A stretch of 49,058 bases of DNA from a virus (Duplodnaviria; Caudoviricetes). A model generated the notes under the pieces. The model saw only the letters and a list, made by a program, of their open reading frames with translations. It was not told the DNA's origin and did no database searches. This document shows positions 18,371 through 28,414 of the stretch, piece after piece (within the stretch, counting starts at the first letter, position 1; each line of letters starts with the position of its first letter). The stretch covers positions 1 through 49,058 of the IMG/VR virus record IMGVR_UViG_3300033485_000022, one strand, 5' to 3'. The position numbers and the translations under genes are program-made.

Positions 18371-19228
18371 TTAATCAATCTGGTTGAGATTCACGAACGG
18401 CGCGTTGCTGGCACCGCTTGAAGCGTTATCCATCGCCACGCCGGCAATACGAATACCGCTCTCAACCGTGATGTCGTTGCTCGACACAACCGAGCCGTTA
18501 CCGACCCACACGATAGTCCGGTCGCCCGCGCTATCACAGGTGTTGCCGTCGCTGGTGATCCACGCGATGCCCTTGGTCTGAATCCAGCCGTATTGACCCG
18601 TAGTAAGAACGCGAGCCGAAACGCCCAGATAGGTCACGTAATCGCCGCCAGCATTGTCGCCCAGAACACAATAGAATGGATTCTCGATCAATTCGATGTT
18701 GGTCGTGCCGACCGTCACCGCCGTCACCAGCGGGGCATCGAGCCGAAGGCACAGGGTCCCGCCCGCCGTAGCAAGAGCCGGGTGGGAGATGATCCGCCGC
18801 ATCTGGGGATGCTGCGCCGAACCGTTACCAACGACAACGTAACCGCCGGCCAACTCATTCGCCGACAGAACGCCGGTCGTAAGGACGCCGATCTCGGTGT
18901 CAATGGTCACGGAGACACTACGACTGCCGACCACGCCGGCGGCGAGACCCGTGCCATCATTGGCCGAGGCGGCGGTAGCCTGCGCCGGAGCGACCGCGTT
19001 GGTATTGGATTTCTTGGACTTGTAGGCACCGACTTCGGGATTGCAGGTGCCGGAGGCATATGCATAGCGGAACACGCGGCCATCGGGCAGAACAACCCGG
19101 TCGCCGATAGTCCACTGGGGGTCCTTGGTGGTGGAGGCTTCGTACAGGAAATCGTACCCGCCAACGCCATCGTTGCGGTAGACCTCCCCGCCCTGCCCCA
19201 CGTAACTAACACGATTGACAAACGCCAT
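18371..19228 (-). CDS. Capsid cement/decoration-like protein
   Basis: DGRVFRY and GQYGWIQTKG motifs; directly downstream of the capsid gene. Confidence 0.6.
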   Translation of the reverse strand: MAFVNRVSYVGQGGEVYRNDGVGGYDFLYEASTTKDPQWTIGDRVVLPDGRVFRYAYASGTCNPEVGAYKSKKSNTNAVAPAQATAASANDGTGLAAGVVGSRSVSVTIDTEIGVLTTGVLSANELAGGYVVVGNGSAQHPQMRRIISHPALATAGGTLCLRLDAPLVTAVTVGTTNIELIENPFYCVLGDNAGGDYVTYLGVSARVLTTGQYGWIQTKGIAWITSDGNTCDSAGDRTIVWVGNGSVVSSNDITVESGIRIAGVAMDNASSGASNAPFVNLNQID

Positions 19229-19267
19229 ACTTTATCTCCTCATTTTCTCAGGAGCGTAACCCCGTGG

Positions 19268-20371
19268 TTACGCAGTCAAGGCTTTGTGGATCACGAACCC
19301 CGCATCGCGAGGACTGTCACACCAAACATTGCAAGCCCCATCCTTGAACATCGTGAAAACCGTGTGTTGGACCGTACCGCCGTTGACCGGCCCGCGCGTC
19401 ACCATCCAGTAACCGGAGTAGGTCACGGGGACAAAGTGCGAGAAGTCAATGCAGTAGATCGGATCAGCCGTGTCGCTGGTCTCAGGATCGGTCAGGCCCT
19501 CAAGGGTGTCGATGTCGATGACATCATGCCCGTTGATGAGCATGTCGGTCCCCTCGCCTACGAGCATCCGGCCGAAGGTCTCTTTCGTCTGATGCACGTC
19601 GTCCTTGGCATCGAGGTAACTGAATAAGTCCTCCTTAACAGTCTGGCCGGTGTAAACCCGACGCTTCGCAGCCTTGCGGGTCTCAAACTGCGTGGCACCC
19701 AGCGGGGCGCGGAACTTGGTACGCAGAAACGCCTTGCGGAGCCGCTTCACGAGGTCATCATTGACCGCCGTGTAGAGATCGGCCCAGTTGCACCACTGCG
19801 AATACACGTTGGCGTCAATGCCAGCGCAGGTCGTGGAGGTCGTCGCATCCTGATACCGGATGGTCTTGCCGACGAACCCCGCCGTGGTGGTGTCCTTGTT
19901 CATCATGCGAATGTAGTACCCGACGCCGCGAATCTCTTTGCCCGAACTCGACGTGGGGGTTTTCCAGAACGACGCCTCGAACAACTTGGCGAGGTCCCAA
20001 ATCGCCTGCATTTCCTTGACCTTGGCGAGATCAATGAACCCCTCCGGGTCGCTCTTGTTTTGGAGGATTTCCAACTCGTCCCACGACCAATTCGTCGTGA
20101 ACCGCTTCCACGGCATCGTGAACTCATGCAGAGTTTCGCCCTGCGCGAGTTCATCCTTCTCGTAGTAATCCACCCAGCGAGCATTGCCGGTGGGGCTCAA
20201 CATCGCCTTGCCGGTGATGGTGGTGCCGCCCTGCTTTTTGACGTTATCCTTCTGAAAGATTCTCGCGGCCTCGAAACGGGTGTCATCCCAAGTGACCGTC
20301 AATTCCTGCTTCGGGTACTTGGTGTGAGTCGTCGCGATCAGGCCGGAGAGTTGGTCATACGTGTAAGCCAT
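19268..20371 (-). CDS. Major capsid protein
   Basis: 367 aa, strong AGGAG RBS, position after portal and scaffold, C-terminal NVWCDSPRDAGFV. Confidence 0.75.
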   Translation of the reverse strand: MAYTYDQLSGLIATTHTKYPKQELTVTWDDTRFEAARIFQKDNVKKQGGTTITGKAMLSPTGNARWVDYYEKDELAQGETLHEFTMPWKRFTTNWSWDELEILQNKSDPEGFIDLAKVKEMQAIWDLAKLFEASFWKTPTSSSGKEIRGVGYYIRMMNKDTTTAGFVGKTIRYQDATTSTTCAGIDANVYSQWCNWADLYTAVNDDLVKRLRKAFLRTKFRAPLGATQFETRKAAKRRVYTGQTVKEDLFSYLDAKDDVHQTKETFGRMLVGEGTDMLINGHDVIDIDTLEGLTDPETSDTADPIYCIDFSHFVPVTYSGYWMVTRGPVNGGTVQHTVFTMFKDGACNVWCDSPRDAGFVIHKALTA

Positions 20372-20410
20372 TGTTTTTCTCTCCTGCGAGCGGACTCGCA
20401 GGTATCGGAA

Positions 20411-21436
20411 TTAACCGAGAACCTTTTTGAGTTCCGCCGCCATTTCTTGAACTGCTTGGTCTTTGTTGTACCCGGTGGATACCGGGGGTTTCCCGCCGCT
20501 CGGTTTGAGGGTGACGCCGGCGGCCCGCTTCTGAACGGACTTCACAATCCGCTCGCGGACGAACTGCTCCGCCATCGGGGCGGAGACCGCCAGATGCGCC
20601 ATCTCCAAAGCCTGTGCGGCCGACATCTGCATCCCTGTCATCACCGCCCCATCGAGGATCATCTGTGCCCGATTGCAGACTTCTACGCGATTGGCCCGCT
20701 GGCCGGGGGTGAGGGTGTCCCACGCTCCGGTCTGACCGACCTTGCCATAGAAGTCACCGTACACACCCATCTCATCAGCGGAAAAGAAGGTGTTGATCTG
20801 CTGACGGACAGCGACCTCGCGCTCGATCTCAACCTGCCGGTCTTGAACCGGCTCCGGTGTAGCCGGGGCCTGTGGCCGAGTAGGCTGTGGCTGATCGGGG
20901 ACCAACTCCAACAGGACATCGACAAGCGGGTCGTCCTCGTACTTCTCCTTGAGTTGTTTCTTTAACGCTTCCTTGCGGGACGGTTGCGCGGCCGGGGCGG
21001 GTGCCGCCGGGGCCTCCCTGAGTTGCCGCGCACGCTGACCCAACTCCCCAAGCTGTTTGCTGGCCGCGTTGACCTGCTCATAGCACTTGGCGAGGGTCTT
21101 GAGGGCCAAGGCCGGGTTCTGGTCGTAGAGTTCACCGACCTCCTCGGCTTTCCAGCCCATGTGCAACGCCGCCCGATAGTGACTGTCGGGGATCGCTGGT
21201 TTGTCGTCTGCCGGCTTCTCCGCAGGGGTCTCCGGTTCCTTCGGCTCCGGGGTAGCGGGTTCCTCGCCTGCCGGCTTCTCAGCCGGGGTAGGCTTGGGCT
21301 CCGCTGCCGGTTTCGCAGGGGGTTCCTCTTTGGGTGCCAGGGTAGACGCCGCAGGCGTTACGCCCGCGTCCGCGCGACCACCATCGAAATCAATCTTCTC
21401 AATCTCAGCGGCGAGTTCTTCTGCTTCTTTCAACAT
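20411..21436 (-). CDS. Capsid scaffolding protein
   Basis: Pro/Glu-rich disordered N-terminus, helical core, basic C-terminus; directly upstream of the capsid gene. Confidence 0.65.
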   Translation of the reverse strand: MLKEAEELAAEIEKIDFDGGRADAGVTPAASTLAPKEEPPAKPAAEPKPTPAEKPAGEEPATPEPKEPETPAEKPADDKPAIPDSHYRAALHMGWKAEEVGELYDQNPALALKTLAKCYEQVNAASKQLGELGQRARQLREAPAAPAPAAQPSRKEALKKQLKEKYEDDPLVDVLLELVPDQPQPTRPQAPATPEPVQDRQVEIEREVAVRQQINTFFSADEMGVYGDFYGKVGQTGAWDTLTPGQRANRVEVCNRAQMILDGAVMTGMQMSAAQALEMAHLAVSAPMAEQFVRERIVKSVQKRAAGVTLKPSGGKPPVSTGYNKDQAVQEMAAELKKVLG

Positions 21437-21450
21437 CGTTCAGTTCCCCA

Positions 21451-21654
21451 TCACTTAACAAATACTTGTTCAGGTACGCGTTCCAGATCAAACATGAACG
21501 GACCAATTCGCAATATCCGATGCCATGCTTCCGGGGAATCAAAAAATCGGCTAAAATGATACCGGAGACTCCATGCCCACATTCGAGAGTAACCGGCATA
21601 AAAATACAGTCGGTGTCGTTTACTCAGGCATAGATAGATCGCATGTTGTTTCAT
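21451..21654 (-). CDS. Hypothetical protein
   Basis: AGGGG RBS; fills the intergenic gap. Confidence 0.4.
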   Translation of the reverse strand: MKQHAIYLCLSKRHRLYFYAGYSRMWAWSLRYHFSRFFDSPEAWHRILRIGPFMFDLERVPEQVFVK

Positions 21655-21665
21655 CCCCTATCCCC

Positions 21666-22004
21666 TCAATATTCTCTATTGTGAGGCACCTTCACCTTAC
21701 CGCGTGCCTCAAGGTACTTCTCACGTTGCTTGACGCTCGTGAACACCGGCCGACAGGCCGCGTCGAGCGGCACGTCCGGGTATCGCTGCCGATGCTCGAC
21801 GGCCTGATCCGGGTGGATCGCGAGCGAGTCACTGTGAATCTCGTTGTGCGTGTCGCTCAGATTCGTGCGGACCTCGGCGGCATAGTCCCGATCCATCGGG
21901 GTCCCACATTGGCGACACGTCTCCACCGTATTCGAGGCCGACATGGGTTTCACAACCTCATCGGCCCACCCGCATTTCGGGCAAAGGTAGTCGTAATAGG
22001 GCAT
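21666..22004 (-). CDS. FmdB-family zinc-ribbon protein
   Basis: MPYYDYLCPKCG...KPMS...CRQCG; GAGGGG RBS. Confidence 0.8.
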   Translation of the reverse strand: MPYYDYLCPKCGWADEVVKPMSASNTVETCRQCGTPMDRDYAAEVRTNLSDTHNEIHSDSLAIHPDQAVEHRQRYPDVPLDAACRPVFTSVKQREKYLEARGKVKVPHNREY

Positions 22005-22112
22005 TATTCCCCCTCCTCGCAATGGAGGATAAAAGAAAGACTTTGGACTTTAATCGCGGCGTATTGGCACGAGAGATTGGCGACTACAGCTAAGAGAATG
22101 AGCCACACCATC

Positions 22113-22346
22113 TTACTTTCTCCTCCGCTCGGCCTCTTTCTCCGCGTCGGTCTTGATACCGCCGGCGGCGTCACCCATGCCTTTCTGAATCTGCTTGGTC
22201 CGCCGCATGGACGCATCGACCGGCTTCGCGAACGCCTCCTCTATCCCGTAGTCGGTCTTGAGCGTCTTGTTCACCTTCTGCCGCTCCGCCTCGTCACGGG
22301 GTTTGCCGACACCAATGTCTCTTTTCTTGGGTTTGCCGAACGCCAT
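22113..22346 (-). CDS. Small basic hypothetical protein
   Basis: TGATG overlap with the portal stop; GGAGG RBS. Confidence 0.55.
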   Translation of the reverse strand: MAFGKPKKRDIGVGKPRDEAERQKVNKTLKTDYGIEEAFAKPVDASMRRTKQIQKGMGDAAGGIKTDAEKEAERRRK

Positions 22347-24154
22347 CAAATACCTCCCATCTGCGCCTCTGCGGCTGTGGCCTGTGCGTTTTGATTGAAC
22401 TGCTGCGCCGGAGTCCCCACCGGGGTCCCGCCGACCGGGAATCCGCCATTCTGCGTCGTGTCCATCATGCCGCCGGGGCCGCTCCTGCCTTCTTTCTTGT
22501 TCTGCTTTCCCGCCGTCGCGGCATACCACTCCATCCGGGCCGCAAAGTTCGGGTCGTTAAACATCCCACTTGCAACCTCGACAATGCCCATGTCCGTCGC
22601 AACGCGAGTGAGATACTCCTGAATGTTGTACGGTTGCCCCGCCTGCATCGAGACCATGAGGGCCTGAAACGCCTGCGGGACAATCTGCGTGGTAAACTGT
22701 GTCACGAGTCGGGCACGGGTCGTCGGATCGGAGACCGTCTTGGCCCGGCGAGTAATCGTGAAGCCCAGCGTATCGAACTCACCTGTCCGGTCCTGCGGTG
22801 TGAGCCACAATTGCCGCTCGTTGCCAGCGGAGTCGCGCCGGATGAGTGGGATGCCCAGCTGGCCGGGGACGAACATCAGATCGTCATTGTGCAGATACCA
22901 CGCCTGCTTGCCGCTGATGTCCTCGGCGAACTCATACATCATGTCCCGCATGTCGGAGATCGAGACCGAGGCGTTCTGCTGTAGAATCTGCTGTCCGGTC
23001 GCCTTGTCCGTGCCAATACCGGCCCCGCTCATCAGGTCCGGGTTGCCGGCAATGAGGTTGAACCAACTATAAATCGTCTGAGTCATGGCGACTGTTTCGG
23101 CGGAGGGTCCCTCGAACGATTGGATGTTCACGCCCGCCGGATTGTTGCTCGCGATCCACTCGCCGTCCTGCGCCCCTTGAATCGCCTCCGCTACGTCGGC
23201 GTTGGCCGGGTCGTAAATGCCGACGTTCTTCTGACGGTCGGCCTGCTCCATCGCCTTTTTGAACAACCGATTCGCCATGTCCGACAGGTCCCGCCACACG
23301 CCTACAGGCGCGATCGGGAACGGGTTGTCGGGCACCGGCTGAGTCAGAGCCCCAAAACTGTAGGGACCGGACGGCGGGCCGTAGTACGGCTCGACCTTGA
23401 GGAAATCAAGCGCGTCCATTTCTTCGGGATCGGGGATGTAACAGATCGACTCGGCCTCCGGCACGTAGACCTCCACGATATGCACGTAATCTTGGAGGTC
23501 CATCGTCTCGTTGGCGTGGTTCTCGTCTTTGCTGAGGTCCTGTGCTCGGTCGTCTTTCTTCATGCCCGCCCGCGGGAGGGACTTGATGAGTTCCTCGTTG
23601 AATCCCGCAGCGGCGAGCAGTTTGTTACGCTCGATGCGGATACGATGGCCGAGGAACGCCGCCCGGCTCCAACTCGTGCAGCACGCATCGCCGGTCATGT
23701 CATCGAGGCTGATCCGTTCGGTGTAAAGCTGGCCGGGATCGACCCGGACATCGGGAGCCACGGTGAATAGTTGGCCACTGGCGGCGATGGAGGTCTTGGC
23801 GACGGTCAAGCCGAAACAGGCATCCACGGCGCAGGCGCGGAGGAGTTGGCCCTGCTTGATTTTCTTGTGAAGCTCATCGAGAGCCAGGCCGAGTTTCTCA
23901 GCGTACTCGCGCTGCGCGATAATGGGCGTGAGGATTTGGTTGCAGCCAGACGGAATGACGCTGGGGACCAGGGAGCGGATCGCGAGGAATACCAAGTTGA
24001 TAGGCTCCTCGCCGGTCATGCCCTGCGTCTCGGCCATGTACTTGCCGACGTAGGACTTCATGTGCGAGGCGCGGGCCTTGCGGAATCGGTCGAAGCGTTT
24101 GAACCCCTCCTGTACCGACTCGCTAATACGTTGTGCCGTCAACTCTGTCGCCAT
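22346..24154 (-). CDS. Portal protein
   Basis: 602 aa directly after terminase; helical clip/stem pattern with ATGQQILQQNA, P22/T7-like. Confidence 0.75.
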   Translation of the reverse strand: MATELTAQRISESVQEGFKRFDRFRKARASHMKSYVGKYMAETQGMTGEEPINLVFLAIRSLVPSVIPSGCNQILTPIIAQREYAEKLGLALDELHKKIKQGQLLRACAVDACFGLTVAKTSIAASGQLFTVAPDVRVDPGQLYTERISLDDMTGDACCTSWSRAAFLGHRIRIERNKLLAAAGFNEELIKSLPRAGMKKDDRAQDLSKDENHANETMDLQDYVHIVEVYVPEAESICYIPDPEEMDALDFLKVEPYYGPPSGPYSFGALTQPVPDNPFPIAPVGVWRDLSDMANRLFKKAMEQADRQKNVGIYDPANADVAEAIQGAQDGEWIASNNPAGVNIQSFEGPSAETVAMTQTIYSWFNLIAGNPDLMSGAGIGTDKATGQQILQQNASVSISDMRDMMYEFAEDISGKQAWYLHNDDLMFVPGQLGIPLIRRDSAGNERQLWLTPQDRTGEFDTLGFTITRRAKTVSDPTTRARLVTQFTTQIVPQAFQALMVSMQAGQPYNIQEYLTRVATDMGIVEVASGMFNDPNFAARMEWYAATAGKQNKKEGRSGPGGMMDTTQNGGFPVGGTPVGTPAQQFNQNAQATAAEAQMGGI

Positions 24155-24157
24155 AGT

Positions 24158-26068
24158 CTACCCAAACGAATACGATTGCTGCCAGCCATTCCCGCGTTTC
24201 TGTGTCTTTTTCCACTTCTCGAACCGCTCGCCCCACGTCCCGCGCTCCGCCTTCTCGCTCTCCGGCTTCGGCCTGAGGACCTCTTTGTCCATCACCGTGA
24301 GGGCGTCAGCGATAACCCGGTCGCCGTGACCGAGGTAATCCGCCTTGTCCTTGTCCACCAACTCCGCCGGCCCGCACCCGCCAGAGGGGTACGTGATATA
24401 AGTCTTGGCCTGGTCAAGACTTTGCCGGTCCCGGTTGATGATTCGATTCTCGATCAGAGCCCGCTCGTAGGCCCGCAGCAACAGCGGCTTGCGCTCCCGG
24501 CTGCTGTGCCAGCCCCATCGGGCGGTCTTTTTCTCCGCTACGTTCCCGACCGTCTCATCGCGGTAGTAGTGCGGGTAATGGAGTTCGTGGACGAATACAT
24601 TCCCGAAGTCCATGCCAGGGCCGTTTTGCTCCCAGATCACAAAGGGAAGACGTTGGGGTGCGCCGCCGCCCACCCATAGACATAGCGCCGCCACAACTCT
24701 CGCGGCGTTGTAGGGGGGAGTTGTTTTACTCGCCCACTTCGCGACAATTTCGCCCGTTTGCTTGCACTTGATCGAGACGACGCTTTCGCTCGTGCCTTCA
24801 CCGCCCAACCCTTTACTCAGGTCGATACCGAGAATGTAACTCTTGCTCTGGTCGAGCCGCCCGCCCGTCAGCGGTGCCCACACCGCGAGTTCACCGTCTT
24901 TGGCCCGCGTCAGTTGCACGGCCTTGAGGTCGCGGGTGCGGAGCACCTTTGGCACGTCGGCGTTCGCCAGCTTGTCGCGGAGCTTGATATTGAACCGCTC
25001 GTGTGGCTCCCGACAGTAGAGCGCGGCGTGCTTGTCGAGATCAGTGCCAGTAAAGAACGTGTCGCCGACCGCACCCTCCATCGCGTAGATTTCCTTGGCG
25101 ACTTCCTTCCACCCGTTACGCTCGATCTCGTGCTCAATGAACGGCGACGTGATCCGGTATTCCTTGGTGGTGTCGTCCTGCACGATGAACCGACTCGCGC
25201 CCTTGCGGGGATGGTCCCACGCCATCAGGGAGAATACCTTAATCGTGCCAGAGTTCTTCCAATTCGAGTAGCAGGTCCCCGGCATATCGACGGTCGAGTT
25301 CACGATCCGGCACGGGCAGACGGCAGCGGTACTGCGCTTGATGCTCTCGCCGTTCTGCATCTTCGCCATCTCATCGAGGAGGATCAACTGTGCCCGGTCG
25401 CCGGAAAACGCTGACTTGTTCGTGGACTCGCCCGCAATCGTGCTGCCATTCAGGACGTTGTGAATCCGCATACTCGTCCGGTTCTCGCGGCCCCGGATCA
25501 GCACGCCCGGCGGCACCATCCACTCCGGCAAGTATGTATTCACCGTGTCATGTTTGTAAAACAACGACTTGCTGATCGGGCTGTCCACGAGGTCCTCCAC
25601 CCTGCTCATCTCGCGAAGCTGTAGATTGCTCCGACCAAACAACCACTGCCAATGAATGAACAGGGCGATGAGCCACGAGGCCCCCATGTCTCTACTTTTG
25701 TCAATGAGCCCGTCATGGCCCCGCGTGATGCAGTCCATGAGGAACGCAACCATCTCATCCTGTCGCTCGAACGTGATGAAGGGATGCAGCGCGATCGACG
25801 CTGGGACGTACCCGTGTGTCTCTTTGCTGACCTCCATCTCCCACAACGTCCATGCGAAGGTGTTGATCCAGTACAACGCCGATTGCTTGCACGCGGCGAG
25901 CAAGTCCTGTTGCAGCACCGTGTCCTTGGCCGCCCGGTGCAGAAGTCGCTCGCGATAGGCGACATTCTCTGCCTCTCGCATCGGGACCTTGAGGCCGGTC
26001 GTGGGGTCGGTCCACCACTCGCGGTTTGTCGGAAAAGGAGTCGAGAGTTCCGGCTTGATGCTACTCAA
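24158..26068 (-). CDS. Terminase large subunit
   Basis: Walker A variant IDKSRDMGASW, Walker B LILLDE, nuclease motifs ILGID and HGDRVIADAL. Confidence 0.9.
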   Translation of the reverse strand: MSSIKPELSTPFPTNREWWTDPTTGLKVPMREAENVAYRERLLHRAAKDTVLQQDLLAACKQSALYWINTFAWTLWEMEVSKETHGYVPASIALHPFITFERQDEMVAFLMDCITRGHDGLIDKSRDMGASWLIALFIHWQWLFGRSNLQLREMSRVEDLVDSPISKSLFYKHDTVNTYLPEWMVPPGVLIRGRENRTSMRIHNVLNGSTIAGESTNKSAFSGDRAQLILLDEMAKMQNGESIKRSTAAVCPCRIVNSTVDMPGTCYSNWKNSGTIKVFSLMAWDHPRKGASRFIVQDDTTKEYRITSPFIEHEIERNGWKEVAKEIYAMEGAVGDTFFTGTDLDKHAALYCREPHERFNIKLRDKLANADVPKVLRTRDLKAVQLTRAKDGELAVWAPLTGGRLDQSKSYILGIDLSKGLGGEGTSESVVSIKCKQTGEIVAKWASKTTPPYNAARVVAALCLWVGGGAPQRLPFVIWEQNGPGMDFGNVFVHELHYPHYYRDETVGNVAEKKTARWGWHSSRERKPLLLRAYERALIENRIINRDRQSLDQAKTYITYPSGGCGPAELVDKDKADYLGHGDRVIADALTVMDKEVLRPKPESEKAERGTWGERFEKWKKTQKRGNGWQQSYSFG

Positions 26069-26465
26069 CCGTTTCCTCCGCCATCCTGTTCAGCCGCTCC
26101 ACCCCCAGCCGGCTCACCTTCTCCGGCACCGTCTCCCGGCCGGTCTCTTTGTCCGCCTCCACCGTACCGGCCTTACCCTCAACCCGTTCGAGGACGATCC
26201 GAACGTAGTCCAGACTTGGCGGTATCACGGTCCCGTCATCTTTGAACACAGGTAGAGCCATCTTCCAGATATGCCGGGCGAGGGCCTCGGCCTTACTCAC
26301 CATCTTCGGCATCCCCGGCGCACAACCCTTGGGGACATCGGGGAGAATGACCTGATCGCACTCGGTCCCAATCGCGCGGAGATACCCACTCAGGAGTTGT
26401 CCCGCGCGGGCCTTCTGGCCGAGTTGGAGGAGGTCGGGGTTCTCTTTGGTCTGCTTCTTAGCCAT
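26061..26465 (-). CDS. Probable terminase small subunit
   Basis: 134 aa directly upstream of and overlapping terL; IVLERVEGKA motif. Confidence 0.55.
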   Translation of the reverse strand: MAKKQTKENPDLLQLGQKARAGQLLSGYLRAIGTECDQVILPDVPKGCAPGMPKMVSKAEALARHIWKMALPVFKDDGTVIPPSLDYVRIVLERVEGKAGTVEADKETGRETVPEKVSRLGVERLNRMAEETVE

Positions 26466-26659
26466 CACCAAGTCACAATCGGACCTTGCGGGTGCGGATA
26501 CGGTAACGGTCGATAGGGTTCCATCGGCCGATACGGCAACTGGTCTTGCCACGGTCTCATTTTCTTCCCACAGTGCGGACAACGTGGCGTGTGGTCGCAG
26601 TCGCAGTAGTCATCTTTGAATTTCTCGTCCATCACCTTCTTGAGTTCATCAATGGTCAT
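26465..26659 (-). CDS. Hypothetical Cys/Pro-rich protein
   Basis: CPHCG; tight packing. Confidence 0.5.
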   Translation of the reverse strand: MTIDELKKVMDEKFKDDYCDCDHTPRCPHCGKKMRPWQDQLPYRPMEPYRPLPYPHPQGPIVTW

Positions 26660-27187
26660 TTACACTCCGATTCGCATATTGTCCCCGAACAACCGGAGAC
26701 TCCGCACCTTGCCGAGATCGGTGAGGTACACCTGCTCAATCTTGAGCCCCCACCCGCTCGCCGCTTCGGCCACACCGCGGCGGAGTTCTTTCTTCACCGC
26801 CTCGATGTCGCCGCACTCCGACAGATTGCGGGTCGAGATGTATTCCAAGATCACGCCGAGGGCGAGCGTGCTGAAAGCCTTGTCCACATCCTGCACGGCG
26901 AACAGGGCCTTCTCGATGTCCACGATGCGGTATCGAATGGTCCCCGATACCACGAGGCCATGTCCATCTTTAGTCGTCACGGTCTGCGGAGGAAGGTCCA
27001 CTACCTGCGTCACCACGTCCATGCGGACGATGTACTGCACCACCGGCCAGACGAAATACCACCCCGGCCCGATGATCTTGTAGCGTTTGCCCCCGGTGAT
27101 CCGGGCACCCTGTTCGGTCGGCTCCACGAGGATGATGGAGGGGAGCAAAGCGAGGATTTTATCGAATAGGCGTTCAAGCCACTGCAT
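26660..27187 (-). CDS. SPFH/Band 7 domain protein
   Basis: VEPTEQG..IGPGWYFVWP..DLPPQTVTTKDG..RYRIVD..WGLKIEQV. Confidence 0.88.
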   Translation of the reverse strand: MQWLERLFDKILALLPSIILVEPTEQGARITGGKRYKIIGPGWYFVWPVVQYIVRMDVVTQVVDLPPQTVTTKDGHGLVVSGTIRYRIVDIEKALFAVQDVDKAFSTLALGVILEYISTRNLSECGDIEAVKKELRRGVAEAASGWGLKIEQVYLTDLGKVRSLRLFGDNMRIGV

Positions 27188-27375
27188 CAATACACCCGCG
27201 CCTTGTCCAGCGTGCGCCCGGTCTCACTCAGCACGTAAATCTCGCTACCACTCGGCAATTCTACGCATCGGCCATCGACCTCAATCACAGGAGGCGTAGA
27301 ATTGCCGCGCCGAACCTGCACGTCCTTAGCGTCGAAATACCGATCCCCGAAATCTGTCACCACTTTCACTACCAT
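27187..27375 (-). CDS. Hypothetical protein
   Basis: IYVLSETGRT motif; AGGAG RBS. Confidence 0.55.
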   Translation of the reverse strand: MVVKVVTDFGDRYFDAKDVQVRRGNSTPPVIEVDGRCVELPSGSEIYVLSETGRTLDKARVY

Positions 27376-27386
27376 CTGTCTGTCTC

Positions 27387-27542
27387 CTATCTGTGCTTTG
27401 GTTTACTGAATCCACCCTTCTCCCGCTCCGGTTTCCATCCGGTCTTACGCATCGTGCCGTAGACATAGGCCCGCTTCCGGGCTCCGCTGAAACCCTTGGC
27501 CTCGGCCTGGAATTCCAACTTTTCCTCAAGTGCTTTAGGCAT
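27387..27542 (-). CDS. Small basic protein (51 aa, not in the ORF track)
   Basis: Manual translation MPKALEEKL...RAYVYGTMRKTGWKPERE; GGGTGAAGGA RBS. Confidence 0.65.
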   Translation of the reverse strand: MPKALEEKLEFQAEAKGFSGARKRAYVYGTMRKTGWKPEREKGGFSKPKHR

Positions 27543-27578
27543 GGTCCTTCACCCGGTAATACACGACACCAGGAAACC

Positions 27579-27944
27579 TCAGCCAATCATAGGGGGGGCA
27601 ACAAGTCCCTCGACCGCGATCTGCAAGTCATCGACCTTCGCATTGATCGCGTCCACCGTAGCCCCGATCTGTGCGACATTCGTTGCCCCGACAGAGAACG
27701 ACTTCACCGCCTTGCCGGAGTTCGCGTCGTCAATCTGCACCAGCCATAGGCCCTCCGCATCGGGAGTGAAGGACTTTTTATACCGGCCGGTCGTACCGAT
27801 CTCGGTCATCGCCCCACTCTGCCCGGCATCGAGCGTACCGGCCTCGTCGTACACATCCATCGTGACCACGATACCAGAGGCACCGCCGGCAGCCTGATAG
27901 ATCACATCAATCAGTTCACTTATTTTGTAGGTCTTGTCCGCCAC
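27579..27944 (-). CDS. Ig-like beta-sandwich protein with short C-terminal coiled coil
   Basis: MTEIGTTGRYKKSFTPDAEGLW; GAGGGTGA RBS. Confidence 0.55.
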   Translation of the reverse strand: MADKTYKISELIDVIYQAAGGASGIVVTMDVYDEAGTLDAGQSGAMTEIGTTGRYKKSFTPDAEGLWLVQIDDANSGKAVKSFSVGATNVAQIGATVDAINAKVDDLQIAVEGLVAPPMIG

Positions 27945-28104
27945 GAATCACCCTCCCAGAACGGATAATCTTGTGAGCATGTACGAGTTCTGCGTACCTC
28001 TGCTCAAACATCTCCTTGGTGATGAGCCCACGCGCTAGTTCCCAGCGAAGCTCCTCCTCCTCGCGGCTGATCTGCGGCGGCCGGCGTGCGCTGCCCTTGC
28101 CCAT
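27916..28104 (-). CDS. Hypothetical protein
   Basis: MGKGSARRP..SREE..RW N-terminus; TGATG overlap. Confidence 0.55.
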   Translation of the reverse strand: MGKGSARRPPQISREEEELRWELARGLITKEMFEQRYAELVHAHKIIRSGRVIRGGQDLQNK

Positions 28105-28391
28105 CACTTCTCCCCCTTTGGGTACACCACCTGAATCTCATCCTCCTTGAGCACGAGAGCCGGTTTGCCCTCGATCTCCAAGTCGAATTTGCCTGTGTGC
28201 ATGATCCGCACATAAGTTGTCATCGGGATCAGCACATGATCCCCCACGTCGATGCACTGGACGCCGGGACCGATGGCGATGACCTCGGCGAGCGGGTTGT
28301 TCTCCTGCGCCGAATCTGGAAGCAAGATGCCTTTACGCTCGGACTGTTTCTGACCTTGGATGACGACGAGACTGTTCCCCAGACACTTCAT
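28104..28391 (-). CDS. groES: Co-chaperonin GroES-like protein
   Basis: 95 aa; GILLPDSAQE mobile loop, AEVIAIGPG, VGDHV, LVLKEDEI. Confidence 0.85.
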   Translation of the reverse strand: MKCLGNSLVVIQGQKQSERKGILLPDSAQENNPLAEVIAIGPGVQCIDVGDHVLIPMTTYVRIMHTGKFDLEIEGKPALVLKEDEIQVVYPKGEK

Positions 28392-28414
28392 CAGTTCCCC
28401 TTTCTCTGTGGGCC